A stretch of DNA of 63,222 nt from an uncultured Eubacteriales bacterium (GCA_900322215.1 ONYW01000005.1:1-63222), one strand, 5' to 3'. Shown: positions 17,701 through 27,905, counted from the stretch's first letter. Notes: generated by a model not told the origin, from the sequence alone. Made by a program: numbers and translations.

Positions 17701-20523
17701 GGCTTCGACCGCCTTTTCTTCCGCTTTGACTTCGGGCACCGTCGTCACAAAGCCGAGTACTTCGGCGTTTTGTTTGAGCACATACTGTGCCATATCCCTT
17801 TGACGCTCGGCTTTTTGTTCTTCCGTCATGTCGTCGGACTGCGGGAATAAATCGGGGAGTTCGTCATATTCATATTTAGGATCGTTAAGCTGTTTCTCGC
17901 GCGCTCTCTTGTAGCCCTCGGAAATACGCCCTGATTTCACGTCTTCGCCGAGTTGCTTGATGTAGGCTTGTTTGGCTTCGTCGAGTTTTTGATTTCTCGT
18001 TATATTGAGGACTTGTATTATTTCATCGGTGGCGACGTTTTGAATGCCGATCTCATCAACTCGAGCGGCAATACGCGAGTTTATCTCCGCAAGTTCTCCG
18101 TCTTTCAACTTCAACATCGACTTGTTGAACTCTTCGTCAGGCTCGAGGTCTCCTACTACCTGATACGTTGGGTGGAACCCGGCGACCTTCTGTTCAAACG
18201 TCTCAAACTTCTTCGCATACTTATCCGTCGTTTCGGTGACTATATCATCGTGTTCGTCGACGTATTTTTGCAAGCGGGCGATCTCCGCCGTGTTGCCGTC
18301 TTTTTGGGCTTGTGCAAGTTGCTTTTGAGCATCTACGAGTTTCTGCCTTTCCTCTTCCGGCATTACAAGGTCTAAGAGATAATCTTTTCCGTTGGTCAAA
18401 AGTCCTTTGAGCGCTTGGTAAGACGGATCGTCTTTTTCGGCGTGCTTTGCCATCAAAACCTTGCTCGCGGCTTCTTGAGCGAGCTCCAAGAGTCTGTTGC
18501 CGGCAAACGCCGGTTGCTCATATAGCCGCCCGTTAGAGCCGAGGACCTTTTGTGTTTTTGAGAGATGATAGAATTCTTTGATGCTGTTGTCCAAGAATTC
18601 TTTCATCTCGCCGACAGACTTGCCGTTCGTTTGCAAATATTCCAACTCGTTAAACGCTTCGGGTTCTTTGTAACTAAACGTCTTTGGGTCATAAACCTTT
18701 ACACCGAGCAAAGATGCGTCTTCACGCGGCTCGGTCACAAAAAGCAAGCGGTCAAGATGCCCCTTGGTGTAGGCGACAACACGGCGTCTACAGTCGCTCA
18801 GTTCTGCGTTTTGAATGACGTTTTCATACAAAAACTTGTTCAAGCCTGCGTTGTGAGCGCGAATCTCAGGGTCGGAGTCGTAGAACAAAAGCCCCTCGAA
18901 GGCGCGCGCCGCACCGTACGAATTGGCGGTCACCAAAACTCTTTCATCCCGTCTGCTTGCCTCAAACAGCGCCGCACCGCCCGCTTTTCCTTTCATTCCT
19001 TTGTCGATTCCCAAAGCGTTTTCCCCATAGTAGGAATCGCGCAATGCCTGTGACGGATGATCCAAAAACTCCTCCATGGTCATTCCGTTCGCTTGGGCGT
19101 AGTTCATTGCAATAAATACCGAGTTGAACACCGTGACGGCTTCGTCATAGCGATATTCAGGAGGAAAAGTGCCGTTTCTTACGACGTCAATGTTGCCCGG
19201 TTTTGCAAAATTGTCGGAGGTGCGATCAACAGGGAAATTTTCTCGGACGAAATCGAGCATCTCATTGACGTGTTCCTTTTCTTGGAGCATAGCCTTGGAC
19301 GCTTCGGCGATTTTGGTCGCGTCGCCCGATTCGACTGCTTTTTTATAATCCTTAATGGTTTTTGCAAGCATGGAAAGTCCATATTCTTTTTCGCCCTGTT
19401 CTTTGATGACGCCTTTGCCACCGTAACCGAACTCTTGCATCTTGGAGACCAACGTCAGAATGGACTCTTTGGTCTTTGGCGAAATCTTGTATTCTTGCTC
19501 GTTCCACTTGTCGAATTCTTCTCTCTTATCCTCGTTCAGAATAGGATCGACCGACATTGTGGCCATGTTGAATTCTTGGTTCATTACGTTATAATCGAAC
19601 CCTTGTTCTTTCATCATGGCTTCGCCGGCTTTTTCACCGTCTGTCAGCGCGGCGTGTTCGTATGCCGTGGACAGCGCGAAATACGTGCTCTGAGGATCTT
19701 CTCCTGCAAGAGGCCGACGCAAAAAGTCGTTGGCGGCGTCAATGTCCGCCTTCATCTCATCTTTCTGCTCTTGTGAGAGATCTTTCCTTGCGTCTATATC
19801 CGCTTTTGCCTTGTCGCTCTCGGCGGTATATGCCTTTTCACCCATCTCTTCCGGCGTTCTTTCCCACGGCACGATATAATTGTCTGCCGTGGCTTTAAGC
19901 TCGTTCATCTGCTCGGGCGTGAGCATCTCCGCCAGTTTGCCTTGTACGTACTCGCGGTTGTCAGTGATGAACTTGGGCGTTATGTTGTTGGCAGGGTCCG
20001 CAACCTCGGCAATCTGTTCAGGCGTGAGCAAATCCTTGACCGCCTCTTTCGCCTCCTCGATGCTGATGTGCTCATTCAAAATGTTACCGGCAACGTCGAG
20101 CGCCTTCACTTCGGCTATATATTTCGCTTGATCCGGACCCTCGACTTTTGACAAATCTACTTTCTTTTGATAGTCCGAATCCGGGCCTTTTAATATTCTT
20201 GTGAACTTTCCTCTGACGCTACGAGGTATGTATTCTTTGTCGGGAGCGTCTTGATAGATTTGCATCTTTTGCTCGTGCGTCAACATCCCGACAATCTTGT
20301 TTATGACGGCATCGGCGCACAATCTGGCTGCCGTTCTCGTCTCGGTTACACGTTGCGTATAATGCAGTTCTGTCTCGTCTTTTTCTCGCGGAGCGCCTTT
20401 TGCGTACGATGCATTACAAAAATTCAAAAAAGCCGTGCCGAAAGTCTCTTTGTTCAGCGTCTCGTTTTCTTTTCCGAACGGAATGCGCCACTCATATTTT
20501 GACGGTTGTCTGTCTTTAGGCAT
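14740..20523 (-). CDS. Giant (1927 aa) charged, probably helical protein of unknown function; internal tandem duplication
   Basis: Long ORF with AGGAG RBS; clear paralogue of 21018..27059. Confidence 0.9.
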   Translation of the reverse strand: MPKDRQPSKYEWRIPFGKENETLNKETFGTAFLNFCNASYAKGAPREKDETELHYTQRVTETRTAARLCADAVINKIVGMLTHEQKMQIYQDAPDKEYIPRSVRGKFTRILKGPDSDYQKKVDLSKVEGPDQAKYIAEVKALDVAGNILNEHISIEEAKEAVKDLLTPEQIAEVADPANNITPKFITDNREYVQGKLAEMLTPEQMNELKATADNYIVPWERTPEEMGEKAYTAESDKAKADIDARKDLSQEQKDEMKADIDAANDFLRRPLAGEDPQSTYFALSTAYEHAALTDGEKAGEAMMKEQGFDYNVMNQEFNMATMSVDPILNEDKREEFDKWNEQEYKISPKTKESILTLVSKMQEFGYGGKGVIKEQGEKEYGLSMLAKTIKDYKKAVESGDATKIAEASKAMLQEKEHVNEMLDFVRENFPVDRTSDNFAKPGNIDVVRNGTFPPEYRYDEAVTVFNSVFIAMNYAQANGMTMEEFLDHPSQALRDSYYGENALGIDKGMKGKAGGAALFEASRRDERVLVTANSYGAARAFEGLLFYDSDPEIRAHNAGLNKFLYENVIQNAELSDCRRRVVAYTKGHLDRLLFVTEPREDASLLGVKVYDPKTFSYKEPEAFNELEYLQTNGKSVGEMKEFLDNSIKEFYHLSKTQKVLGSNGRLYEQPAFAGNRLLELAQEAASKVLMAKHAEKDDPSYQALKGLLTNGKDYLLDLVMPEEERQKLVDAQKQLAQAQKDGNTAEIARLQKYVDEHDDIVTETTDKYAKKFETFEQKVAGFHPTYQVVGDLEPDEEFNKSMLKLKDGELAEINSRIAARVDEIGIQNVATDEIIQVLNITRNQKLDEAKQAYIKQLGEDVKSGRISEGYKRAREKQLNDPKYEYDELPDLFPQSDDMTEEQKAERQRDMAQYVLKQNAEVLGFVTTVPEVKAEEKAVEAEKQEEKEPEPVDFSGKWFKPGQQVTNDVLLAKVNELRTALTTPIVGDNWLKNREEFEQRERDEERMFVLVDEAWKTLSDNDKQKVYDVMDADSKESAMKSKSLSRLQIERNPAIWEPLIKAIPEDQVRSVALKADAKQTALERMTLDEAKVTRYEKEFDSVKTMFGQMSFLDGKPLTNERKAEVMAKLDRVQDMMSDIDKEYIKEVGSLRLDREQEKYGINNTRRAYGLQGLKAQGFDVAPRGNMEMTWAGEIKEEFKTESGKERWEIVKPEAQEEYQRFKEQKFEYHPETKKAIKDIFAKFDEYGLDDAPFSVEEGENKVYALHKYGKAHDEFWAKIHSDDPVDKLQAVGLADKMIQEYDRAKELIGMASKLYGVEDGGFFPGNMDLERTGALPPEFRADTKGTSALSGIYLVYRELKEQNYDYDKFLEDPRAFLNYQVEKHVKKDDINLTIKGKSGAEAMYEAFVPVQNGNLDLYETSRLAENLSEVEKDPALREKNLAAEYSHILSGQKVVSELSEVRNELWRTATKHIERFLFVKDPQQDASLLGAHTMDFNTRTIIPPKYFDEMEYLMNNPEDPKEFADRVMREGGKFMEMIAKDLPKPEKERLSVSELQPIRCVRAMQRAAIKFLTARPDLDKSSEVYRTLNSLASDAPSFVKNMLTEQVSKGQISLNVDELELDEMEKYHVQQSFADYKKSDAVKYFGDSVREDDKDLNKDLKTLQANIERAQKAVRKGAAGAQQQLDDAKKELDDAVKERKDELLQAFRHGKITEDYLNRRNEQLDGRKFGDNPPKMFEADQLMSKNDYLRDYAKKFNEKNPGADFDLNELSKEEKNELYDRYVENAKRSKEQFIANKYMQSEDLTSDIPQQTMAERIAAEDARLTRLGEAPIKGNTAANKKVDEPQVKQDEPQVENIDIDLEDEPQIQNKAEQKVENKGEVEVEEKAADKGGERFDLDLDDEAEELNNDILNFGGNEKKLDKDQLKV

Positions 20524-20915
20524 AAATATATACTCCTAGTATTGTTTTCTTTTTTCAAGTTCATTATAAACTATGAAACATGACGAATCTATTACAAATC
20601 GCACCTTTTCGGCAAATTTTTTGTAATCTTTTATTCGATAATAACAATTATATGTATTATATAGAGAAAAGTCAATTTGATATCTTTTAAGGATAGAAGA
20701 AAAAGCTTTTTGAAAATCCCCGTCAAAGTTAAAAACCCGCGTCACCCGACATCGCACCTGCCTGTGCTACATTTTTTTGGCAACTTTTTGGCGCGAAAAA
20801 CTGCCGCTTGTTTGGACAAAAAAACAATTACTTCGCTTTTTGCAATCGTGGCAATCCCCTTGCTCAAAAAAATTGCAAAATCCGCTATAACCCTGCATCT
20901 AACCGCTCCAAAATG

Positions 20916-20956
20916 AAAGAGCGGCATAGCGGTTGTGCCGTGCCACTCTCCCTTTT
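20916..20956 (-). terminator. Hairpin between the two giant-protein genes (possible terminator)
   Basis: gagcggca...tgccactc imperfect stem flanked by A and T runs. Confidence 0.45.
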
Positions 20957-21017
20957 AGAGGTAAGAACCTATGATGACACCGTGTGCGGTGTGTTTCGTT
21001 TTTTGTATCAATAGAGC

Positions 21018-24000
21018 CTATTTCTTGAGGGGATCGAGTTCCACCTTCTTTTGGTTGCCGATGGCGAGGATGTCATAGTTTCGCTCTTCGGCGTCGTCGT
21101 CGAGGTTGAGATCGATGCGTTCTCCGCCGTTGTCTACAACTTTTTCTTCCCCTTTCACTTCGACTTTTTCTTCTTTTTCTGCAACGTCTTGCTGTTGCTG
21201 AGGCTCGTCGTCGAGATCGATATGGATGTTTTGAACGTTCGGCTGTTCTTGTTGCACGCCTTCCTGCTTTGCTTGCGGTTCGGCTTTTTGCGCCTCTTGC
21301 GCCTTCTCTTGCATAGCGAGTTGCGCGTTCTTCTCCTCGATGCGCTCCGCCATAGTCTTTTGCTCGAACTTTTGTCTGAGTCCTAAGAATTCAAGATATT
21401 TCTTGGCGACAAATTGGTCTTTTGCAAGCTTTGCGTTGTCGACGTAGTGCTTGTATATCTCGTCTTTTTCGGTCTTGCTGAACGACGCAAAGTCACCTGG
21501 ATATTTTTTGCGCAAGTAGTCGTTTTTGGACATCAATTCATCCGCCTCGAACATCTTTGGCAGGTTGTCGCGGAACTTTCCGCCGTCCAGTTGCTCGTTG
21601 CGCTTGTTCAGATACTGCTCGGTGATACGGCCGTCGCGGAAGTCCTTCATCAACTGCTCTTTGCGGTCTGCGATCGCCTGTTCCAATTTCTCTTCAAGTT
21701 CGAGTTTCTTTTGCGACGCCTTATCGATCGCAAAGGCGCTTGTGGCGCGTTCGAGTTCGTGGTTGGCGCGTTCGAGTTCCGCTTGCAGGTTGCTAAACTC
21801 ACGATTTGCGTTTTTGTCCGCCGTGCGAACGTCCTCGCCGAAGTTTCTCATCTCTCTCGATTTTGCATATTGAGAGAGCGTCATACTCGGGTAGACAGAA
21901 TCCATCGATTCAAAATCCAACCTATCCAAATCGAGACCTTCGAGTTCGTCCGCAAACTCGCCATCCTTCATTGCTTGGAGACGTTCTCCTATCACCGAAG
22001 GACCTTTTTCGATGAAGTCATTCATCGTTTTGTAAGCGTCGCTTCTCTTGTCGAGTTCGGGGTGCGCCACGAGATATTTGAGAGACGCCTTTTGGATCAT
22101 TTGAACGACCGTGTCGTTGGTGATACCCAAAGCCGGTTGGTTCTTTTGCATCCACGCCAGCGTTTTCCCGCCTTCCTTCAAAATACGGTTGAGGTATTCG
22201 TCAGGCGTTTCTTGCAAATTCCAAAGGTAGTCTATTTCGTCGAAATCCACTCTCGGGCGGGCTTTCATCGTATCGAAATCGTAGGTTGGGAAACCGAGGA
22301 GCGAAGCGTCTTGTTGCGGTTCTTTGACGATCAAATAATTGTCCAAGAAACCATTGCCCAAGCGCGGGAGTTCATCTCTGTACCCGATCACTTGCAATTG
22401 GAATTGTCCGCTGACCGAATAGGCATATTCGGAAGCCATATTGTTGCGCGCCATCTCGGGGTCGGTTTCGAGCTTCGACATCGTCTCCACCGCTCTGCCT
22501 ATACGATAAAACTCTTTTGTTCCACGGTTTTGATACGGAGTGATAATATCCGTGATGGCGGCGGCACCGGTTTTTCCTTTTATGGTGTTGTTGACGTCCG
22601 TCTCATCGACGACCTTTCGAGTCTCCTTGTTCATATACGCTCTCGGATCGTCAAGGAACTCGTCCAAATTAACATTTTGTTGTTTGAGCGTGCGGTACAT
22701 AACGTACAAGCCGTTGAGCATGGATACGCCGGATATGTCCTTGCGCCATTCAGGCGGGAACGCGCCGTTTCTTTCAACGTCCATATTGCCCGAATAGAAT
22801 CCGCCCTTGTCCAAATTGAATGCGTCTTTTGCGATGCCGATGATCTCTTGCACGTGGTTATACTCGGTGATCATCTTCTCCGCCGCCTCGACCGATTTGA
22901 TTTTTTCCACAGGATCGTTGCTGAAACACGTCGCTTCAAACTCGCCTCTTGCTGTGGCGTAGCGGTGCAATCCGTATATCTTGCCGTCTTCTTCAGGGTT
23001 GAACTCGCCTTGATCGAAGCCGTATTCGTCGAATTTGGCGAAAATGTTCTTGACGGCGTCCTTAGTCTCTTGGCGCATTTGGATCTTGCGGTTTTGCAGT
23101 TTTTGATACTGCTCCTCATATCCTTCCTGCACCTGGTCCATCTCGACGTCGCCTTCTGAACTCATATAACCGGTCTTTTGACCTTTGACGCCGTCAAAGA
23201 CGACCGTGGTCTCGTTGTTGCCCTCGATGTGGACTTCGATACCTTCCGATTTGAGTATCTCCTCGGCTGTGTGCGAACGTACGTCGTTCATGCCGTGTTT
23301 GTACTCTTCACGGCTCATACGCATGTTCCCGAGCGCGCTGTCATAATCTTTGTCAAGTGCCGACATCAAGTCTTGCGCTTTGTCAAGTTTGCCTTCGATC
23401 TCGGCTCTCTTGGCTTCGGTCAACTCTTCGCCCTTGTAATACTTCATTCCTTGCAGAATGCCTTTGACTTCCCCAAACTCTTTGCCGTATAGAGGCACTT
23501 TTACTTCATCGATCGAGCGTTCGATTTGCGCTTTGTGCGCTTCGGTTCTATACGCCAAATCTTTGAAGTCCTCTTCGGGAAGGTTGTCGACAATTGCTTT
23601 CCAAACTTTGGGATTGCCGAGAGCAGACGTATTGTAATTCTCGATATTGTTGTGCGGGGTAAGCTGCGGATCTTTTTTCTCTTCCGCAGAGAGGAAGGGC
23701 TCCGACGCTTTTTTCACGTCGGCCAAAGACATATTCTTGAACGTTTTTGACAGTTCTTTCGCTTGGGCGGACTTGTTGCTTATAAGTTCGGCATAGCGAT
23801 TTTTCGCTTCTCTTTCCGCCATTTCACGAATTCCGTTCTCCAGAGTTTCGAATACGGCTTGCTTGCCTTCGGGAGATAATTTCTGCATGGATTCTTCATA
23901 GAAGAATCTGAGCCGATCCACCTCGCTGGTCGCCGCTTCGATGGACTGTCTCATTTCAAGCCAGTTGTTGCCTTTAACTTCCGGCTCCTTGCGCTGTTTT

Positions 24001-27000
24001 TCAATGAGTTCCAACTTTGCGACGAACGCTTCCTTGGAAGGTTGTGTGCCCGGCTCGAACCATCTTCCCGTAAAGTCTGTGACTTTTTCCTCCTCGACAA
24101 CAGGCTTCTCCTCTTTGACTTCGGGGGCTTGTTTTATCTCCTCTTCTTGTGCGACGCCGGTGTTGCTGAATCCGAACGCTTCGGCTTCGTTTTTGGCGAC
24201 GTACTCTGCAACGTCCCTTTCTCTCAACGCGTTCTGAGCCTGTACGTATACGTCGTACAACGCGTCGCGGTCCGCTTGATCGTAACCGTCGAGTTTTTCT
24301 CCCGCCGCTATGAGGCTATTGATATATTCCTCTTTGGACATAGTTTGCGGCACTTGGAAGAAAGGCGGCAAAGTGTCGAACTTATAGTCGGGATCGTTGA
24401 TTTGTTTGAGGCGCGCGTCTTTGAAAGATTCGACTATGCGCCCCTCCTTTACGTCTTTGTCAAGTTGCGCGGTATAGGCTTCTTTGAGCTTATGAATTTC
24501 GTCGCGTTTTTGGTTTATCAAACCGGAGAGTATTTGCGCTTCGTCGTCTTGATCGACTTTTAGCTGCCCGACTTCCTCTCTTCTTGCGTTGAGCCTTTGG
24601 TAGAGTTTTGCCTGTTCGTCCAAAAGTTGCTTCATTGACTTGTTGTAGTCTTCGTCAGGCTTCAAATTGCCGCCTTTGGCGAGCGTTTGCGGGTCGATTT
24701 GGGCGATCTTATTCTCAAACGCTTCGAGGTTTTGCGCATATTGGGTTTGCGGTTGCGTGACCTTGACCGTGATGTCCTTGAACGCTTTGTTGGCGTCGAT
24801 ATATGCCTTTAGACGCTCGATTTCTTTTTGATTTCCGTCTTTTTCGGCCTGCTCCAGCGCGGTTTCCGCTTGGATGACCTTGTTCTTTTCCTCTTGCAAG
24901 AGGGCGTTAACATAGCCTTCTCCGTCCGTCAAAACGCTCTTGAGCGCGTCGTACGAACCGTTGCCCTTCTCGTTGTATTTTGCAATAAGAATCTTGCTTG
25001 CGGCTTGTTGAACGAGTGCCACAAACGAGTTGTCCTTGTATGCCGACTGCTCGCACACTTGCCCTTTCAAGTCCAAAAACGTTTGCGTTTTCTTGAGCAA
25101 CAAATATTTTTTGATGCTTTCGTCAAGAAATTCTTTCATCTCGGCGACAGATTTGCCGTTGTTGTGCAAATAGGCCGCCTCATTGAAAACTTCCGGTTGG
25201 TCGTAAGACAAGGTTTTGGAATTGTAGAGCGGCAAGCCTAAAATGGTAGCGGGGGCCATCTCCTCGTGTACGAAGAGATAGCGGTCCATGTGTCCTTGTC
25301 GGTACGCAATGCTACGCCTGTTGATATCCATCGACGCATTCTCGAAAACGTATTTTTCGAGCTGGTTGCCAAACCCGTGATTGTGTGCGCGTATCGCGGG
25401 ATCCATATCCAAAAAGTACATCGCCTCATACGCACGCCCCGCTCCCGATGACGAAAGCACTCGAACGGCGGTGTCGGTTCTGCTCGCTTCAAAGAACGCA
25501 TCTCCGCCCGTCTTGCCGACAAGGTTAGGTTGCAATCCAGTGCGACCCTTGCCTTCATAGACATATTTGCGTATGCCCTCGGAGGGGTGTTCCAAAAACT
25601 CCTCGGGAGACATACCGTTTGCCTCGGCAAAGTTCATCATAATGAAAATTGAGTTGAATGCCGAAACGGCGTCGTTGTAGCGATAGTCCGGCGGGAACGT
25701 TGCGTTGCGCACAACGTCGATGTTGCCCGCTTTTGCAAAGTTGTCGCTATGGCGATCGATAGGGAAATTTTGCTTGACGTAATCGAGCATTTCGTCGAGG
25801 TGCTCTTTTTCCGTCACCATCGCCTTGGACGCTTTTGCGATCTCGACGGGATCGCCCGCCGCGATGGCTTTTTTGTAGGCGCGTATGGCGCCGGCAAGCG
25901 GGGACAGACCGTACTGTTTCGTACCCTCTTCTCCGATGACGCCTTTTCCGCCGTATCCGTACTTTTGCATCATGCCGAACACGTGCTTAATGGATTCTTT
26001 GGTCTTGGGCGAAAACTTGAATTCCTGCTTTTCCCACTCTTGGAACTCTTTTTCCTTGCCCTCTTTTAACGTTATATCTGAGGTAACGGTCTTCTCATTG
26101 ACGACAGTATCGAATATATCGGGGTCCAGTCCCTCTTTTTCGATTTGTTTTTGTGCGGCAGCGTTGCCGTCGCGCAATGCGGCTTTTTCGTAGTCCGTTG
26201 ACAATTGCATATAGGCGGACTCGGGATCTTCTCCTATTGGCTGACGCAAAAAGTCGTTGGCGGCGTCTATATCCTCCTTCATCTCGGCCTTTTGTTCGGG
26301 AGAAAGATTTTCCATCGCGTCGATTGCCGCCTTTGCGGTTTCGCTCTCGGCGGTATAGACCTTTTCGCCCAACTCTTCGTGGGTTCTATCCCATGGGAGT
26401 TTGTAGTTTTCCACCGATTTTTGCAATTCTTGCATCTGTTCGGGCTCCAACATTTCGGCAACGTTTTCCGCAACGTACCCCACCAAATCACGTATAAACA
26501 CTCCGTTTACATACGTTTCGGGTTTGAAGACGGGACCGTTCATCTGCTCTTCCGTAAAGAAGGGCTTGACGATCTGTTTCATCTGTTCTATGGTACATTT
26601 TTTGTCGCTTACTTGATTGATGACATTCTCAACTTTTTGGATCTCCGCTTCCAACCGCGCTTTTTCGGGACCGCCCTCGAGGTTTTGAGCCCTGCGATAA
26701 TTCTCCTTGTACTTTTCGTCTCTAAGCATCGACGCCAAGGTGTGGGCGGTCAAATTCCTGACGAAATCCTGTCCTTTTTGTGGAGCATTTTGCACCAATT
26801 TACGCCTTTGTGCGGGCGTCAATAATTTGCATAATTTATCAAGGCAGGCGTCGGCGCACAAAGCGTTGCTCTTGTTCACTTCATCCACGTTTTGTGCGTA
26901 GTGAAGATACGTTTCGTCAGGCTCCTTTTCCCTTGCCGGAGCGTATGATTGCTCAACAAAACGAATAAAAATCGCCGCAAAAGTCTCTTTGCCCAGCGTC

Positions 27001-27059
27001 TCTCCTTCGCGGACGAACGGGACACGTCCCTCTTTCAAGTTCACTTGATCATTAGGCAT
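21018..27059 (-). CDS. Giant (2013 aa) charged, probably helical protein of unknown function; internal tandem duplication
   Basis: Long ORF; RBS context AGGAGTATATATTTATGCCTA is identical to that of the paralogue. Confidence 0.9.
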   Translation of the reverse strand: MPNDQVNLKEGRVPFVREGETLGKETFAAIFIRFVEQSYAPAREKEPDETYLHYAQNVDEVNKSNALCADACLDKLCKLLTPAQRRKLVQNAPQKGQDFVRNLTAHTLASMLRDEKYKENYRRAQNLEGGPEKARLEAEIQKVENVINQVSDKKCTIEQMKQIVKPFFTEEQMNGPVFKPETYVNGVFIRDLVGYVAENVAEMLEPEQMQELQKSVENYKLPWDRTHEELGEKVYTAESETAKAAIDAMENLSPEQKAEMKEDIDAANDFLRQPIGEDPESAYMQLSTDYEKAALRDGNAAAQKQIEKEGLDPDIFDTVVNEKTVTSDITLKEGKEKEFQEWEKQEFKFSPKTKESIKHVFGMMQKYGYGGKGVIGEEGTKQYGLSPLAGAIRAYKKAIAAGDPVEIAKASKAMVTEKEHLDEMLDYVKQNFPIDRHSDNFAKAGNIDVVRNATFPPDYRYNDAVSAFNSIFIMMNFAEANGMSPEEFLEHPSEGIRKYVYEGKGRTGLQPNLVGKTGGDAFFEASRTDTAVRVLSSSGAGRAYEAMYFLDMDPAIRAHNHGFGNQLEKYVFENASMDINRRSIAYRQGHMDRYLFVHEEMAPATILGLPLYNSKTLSYDQPEVFNEAAYLHNNGKSVAEMKEFLDESIKKYLLLKKTQTFLDLKGQVCEQSAYKDNSFVALVQQAASKILIAKYNEKGNGSYDALKSVLTDGEGYVNALLQEEKNKVIQAETALEQAEKDGNQKEIERLKAYIDANKAFKDITVKVTQPQTQYAQNLEAFENKIAQIDPQTLAKGGNLKPDEDYNKSMKQLLDEQAKLYQRLNARREEVGQLKVDQDDEAQILSGLINQKRDEIHKLKEAYTAQLDKDVKEGRIVESFKDARLKQINDPDYKFDTLPPFFQVPQTMSKEEYINSLIAAGEKLDGYDQADRDALYDVYVQAQNALRERDVAEYVAKNEAEAFGFSNTGVAQEEEIKQAPEVKEEKPVVEEEKVTDFTGRWFEPGTQPSKEAFVAKLELIEKQRKEPEVKGNNWLEMRQSIEAATSEVDRLRFFYEESMQKLSPEGKQAVFETLENGIREMAEREAKNRYAELISNKSAQAKELSKTFKNMSLADVKKASEPFLSAEEKKDPQLTPHNNIENYNTSALGNPKVWKAIVDNLPEEDFKDLAYRTEAHKAQIERSIDEVKVPLYGKEFGEVKGILQGMKYYKGEELTEAKRAEIEGKLDKAQDLMSALDKDYDSALGNMRMSREEYKHGMNDVRSHTAEEILKSEGIEVHIEGNNETTVVFDGVKGQKTGYMSSEGDVEMDQVQEGYEEQYQKLQNRKIQMRQETKDAVKNIFAKFDEYGFDQGEFNPEEDGKIYGLHRYATARGEFEATCFSNDPVEKIKSVEAAEKMITEYNHVQEIIGIAKDAFNLDKGGFYSGNMDVERNGAFPPEWRKDISGVSMLNGLYVMYRTLKQQNVNLDEFLDDPRAYMNKETRKVVDETDVNNTIKGKTGAAAITDIITPYQNRGTKEFYRIGRAVETMSKLETDPEMARNNMASEYAYSVSGQFQLQVIGYRDELPRLGNGFLDNYLIVKEPQQDASLLGFPTYDFDTMKARPRVDFDEIDYLWNLQETPDEYLNRILKEGGKTLAWMQKNQPALGITNDTVVQMIQKASLKYLVAHPELDKRSDAYKTMNDFIEKGPSVIGERLQAMKDGEFADELEGLDLDRLDFESMDSVYPSMTLSQYAKSREMRNFGEDVRTADKNANREFSNLQAELERANHELERATSAFAIDKASQKKLELEEKLEQAIADRKEQLMKDFRDGRITEQYLNKRNEQLDGGKFRDNLPKMFEADELMSKNDYLRKKYPGDFASFSKTEKDEIYKHYVDNAKLAKDQFVAKKYLEFLGLRQKFEQKTMAERIEEKNAQLAMQEKAQEAQKAEPQAKQEGVQQEQPNVQNIHIDLDDEPQQQQDVAEKEEKVEVKGEEKVVDNGGERIDLNLDDDAEERNYDILAIGNQKKVELDPLKK

Positions 27060-27174
27060 AAATATATACTCCTAAATTTATTTTCTACAACCATAATAGC
27101 AAATGAAATATAACTAATTTATGACAAATTGCTGTATTTTACACACTTTTATTCTATGACAAAACCATTCTAAA

Positions 27175-27660
27175 GGGGCAAAGCCCCTCACCAAGCACAA
27201 GAATGTTGCGGACACTTCGTGTCTTTAATTATTGAGAATTACTCAAATAAGTTTTTCATCAATAAACATCTATCAAACGGGACGAAGTCCCCACCAAGCA
27301 CAAGATTGTTGCAGACACTTCGTGCCTGTATTGGGAAATATTAAATCGCTACTACATTATCAAAAGGGACGAAGTCCCCACCAAGCGCATTTCATGTGTT
27401 TGTTCTTGCAAAACCTCGTTTGAATTATTATTATTTTCGGACCCCCGTGTAGTAGCGAAGAGATGTGTGCTTGCACACAAATAATCTCGAAGCGTCCACT
27501 TCGGACACTCCGTGTCTTTAATTATTGAGAATTATTCAAATATGTTTTTCATCAATAAACATCTATCAAACGGGACGAAGTCCCCACCAAGCACAAGATT
27601 GTTGCAAAATACCGGCATGACAACAAATCTCTCTTGCGGTTTAGCAAACAATCTTGCGCG
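27175..27660. repeat. Cluster of REP-like palindromic repeats with a ~105-bp near-exact duplication
   Basis: gggacgaagtccccaccaagc at 27279, 27366 and 27572 (variant at 27175); 27209-27313 is nearly identical to 27502-27606. Confidence 0.85.
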
Positions 27661-27703
27661 CGGTAGCACGAAAAAAGCGCACCAAATTGGTACGCTTTCC
27701 CTG

Positions 27704-27905
27704 TGGCGCCTGTTGAGGGCGCGACGCGTTAAGCGGACAGTCCTGTGAACTGTCCGTAGCTAAAGCGAACGAGGTGGATGCCTTTGGCAACATCGAAGTC
27801 GGACTCGGACCCCCGTGTAGTAGCGTCAGCGTCCACTTCGGAAGAAGTGTCGCACACATAGTGTGGCGGCGTTTTACACCGCAGGGGTGAGTTCCTCAAC
27901 AGGCA
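27704..27905 (-). pseudogene. Interrupted 3' fragment of tRNA-Asn (old attachment-site scar or tRNA-derived element)
   Basis: tggcgcctgttgaggg (27704-27719) and ggactcggacccccg (27801-27815) match tRNA 44009-44037 but are split by ~80 bp; cctcaacaggc near 27894-27904 is an inverted copy. Confidence 0.75.

Noticed and set aside
14759-26968. Long plus-strand ORFs (e.g. 14905..16131, 21414..23159)
   Set aside because: Antisense shadows of the giant genes, with no RBS or motifs
27175-27606. CRISPR array
   Set aside because: Irregular spacing (about 87-206 bp), a duplicated spacer, and no cas genes
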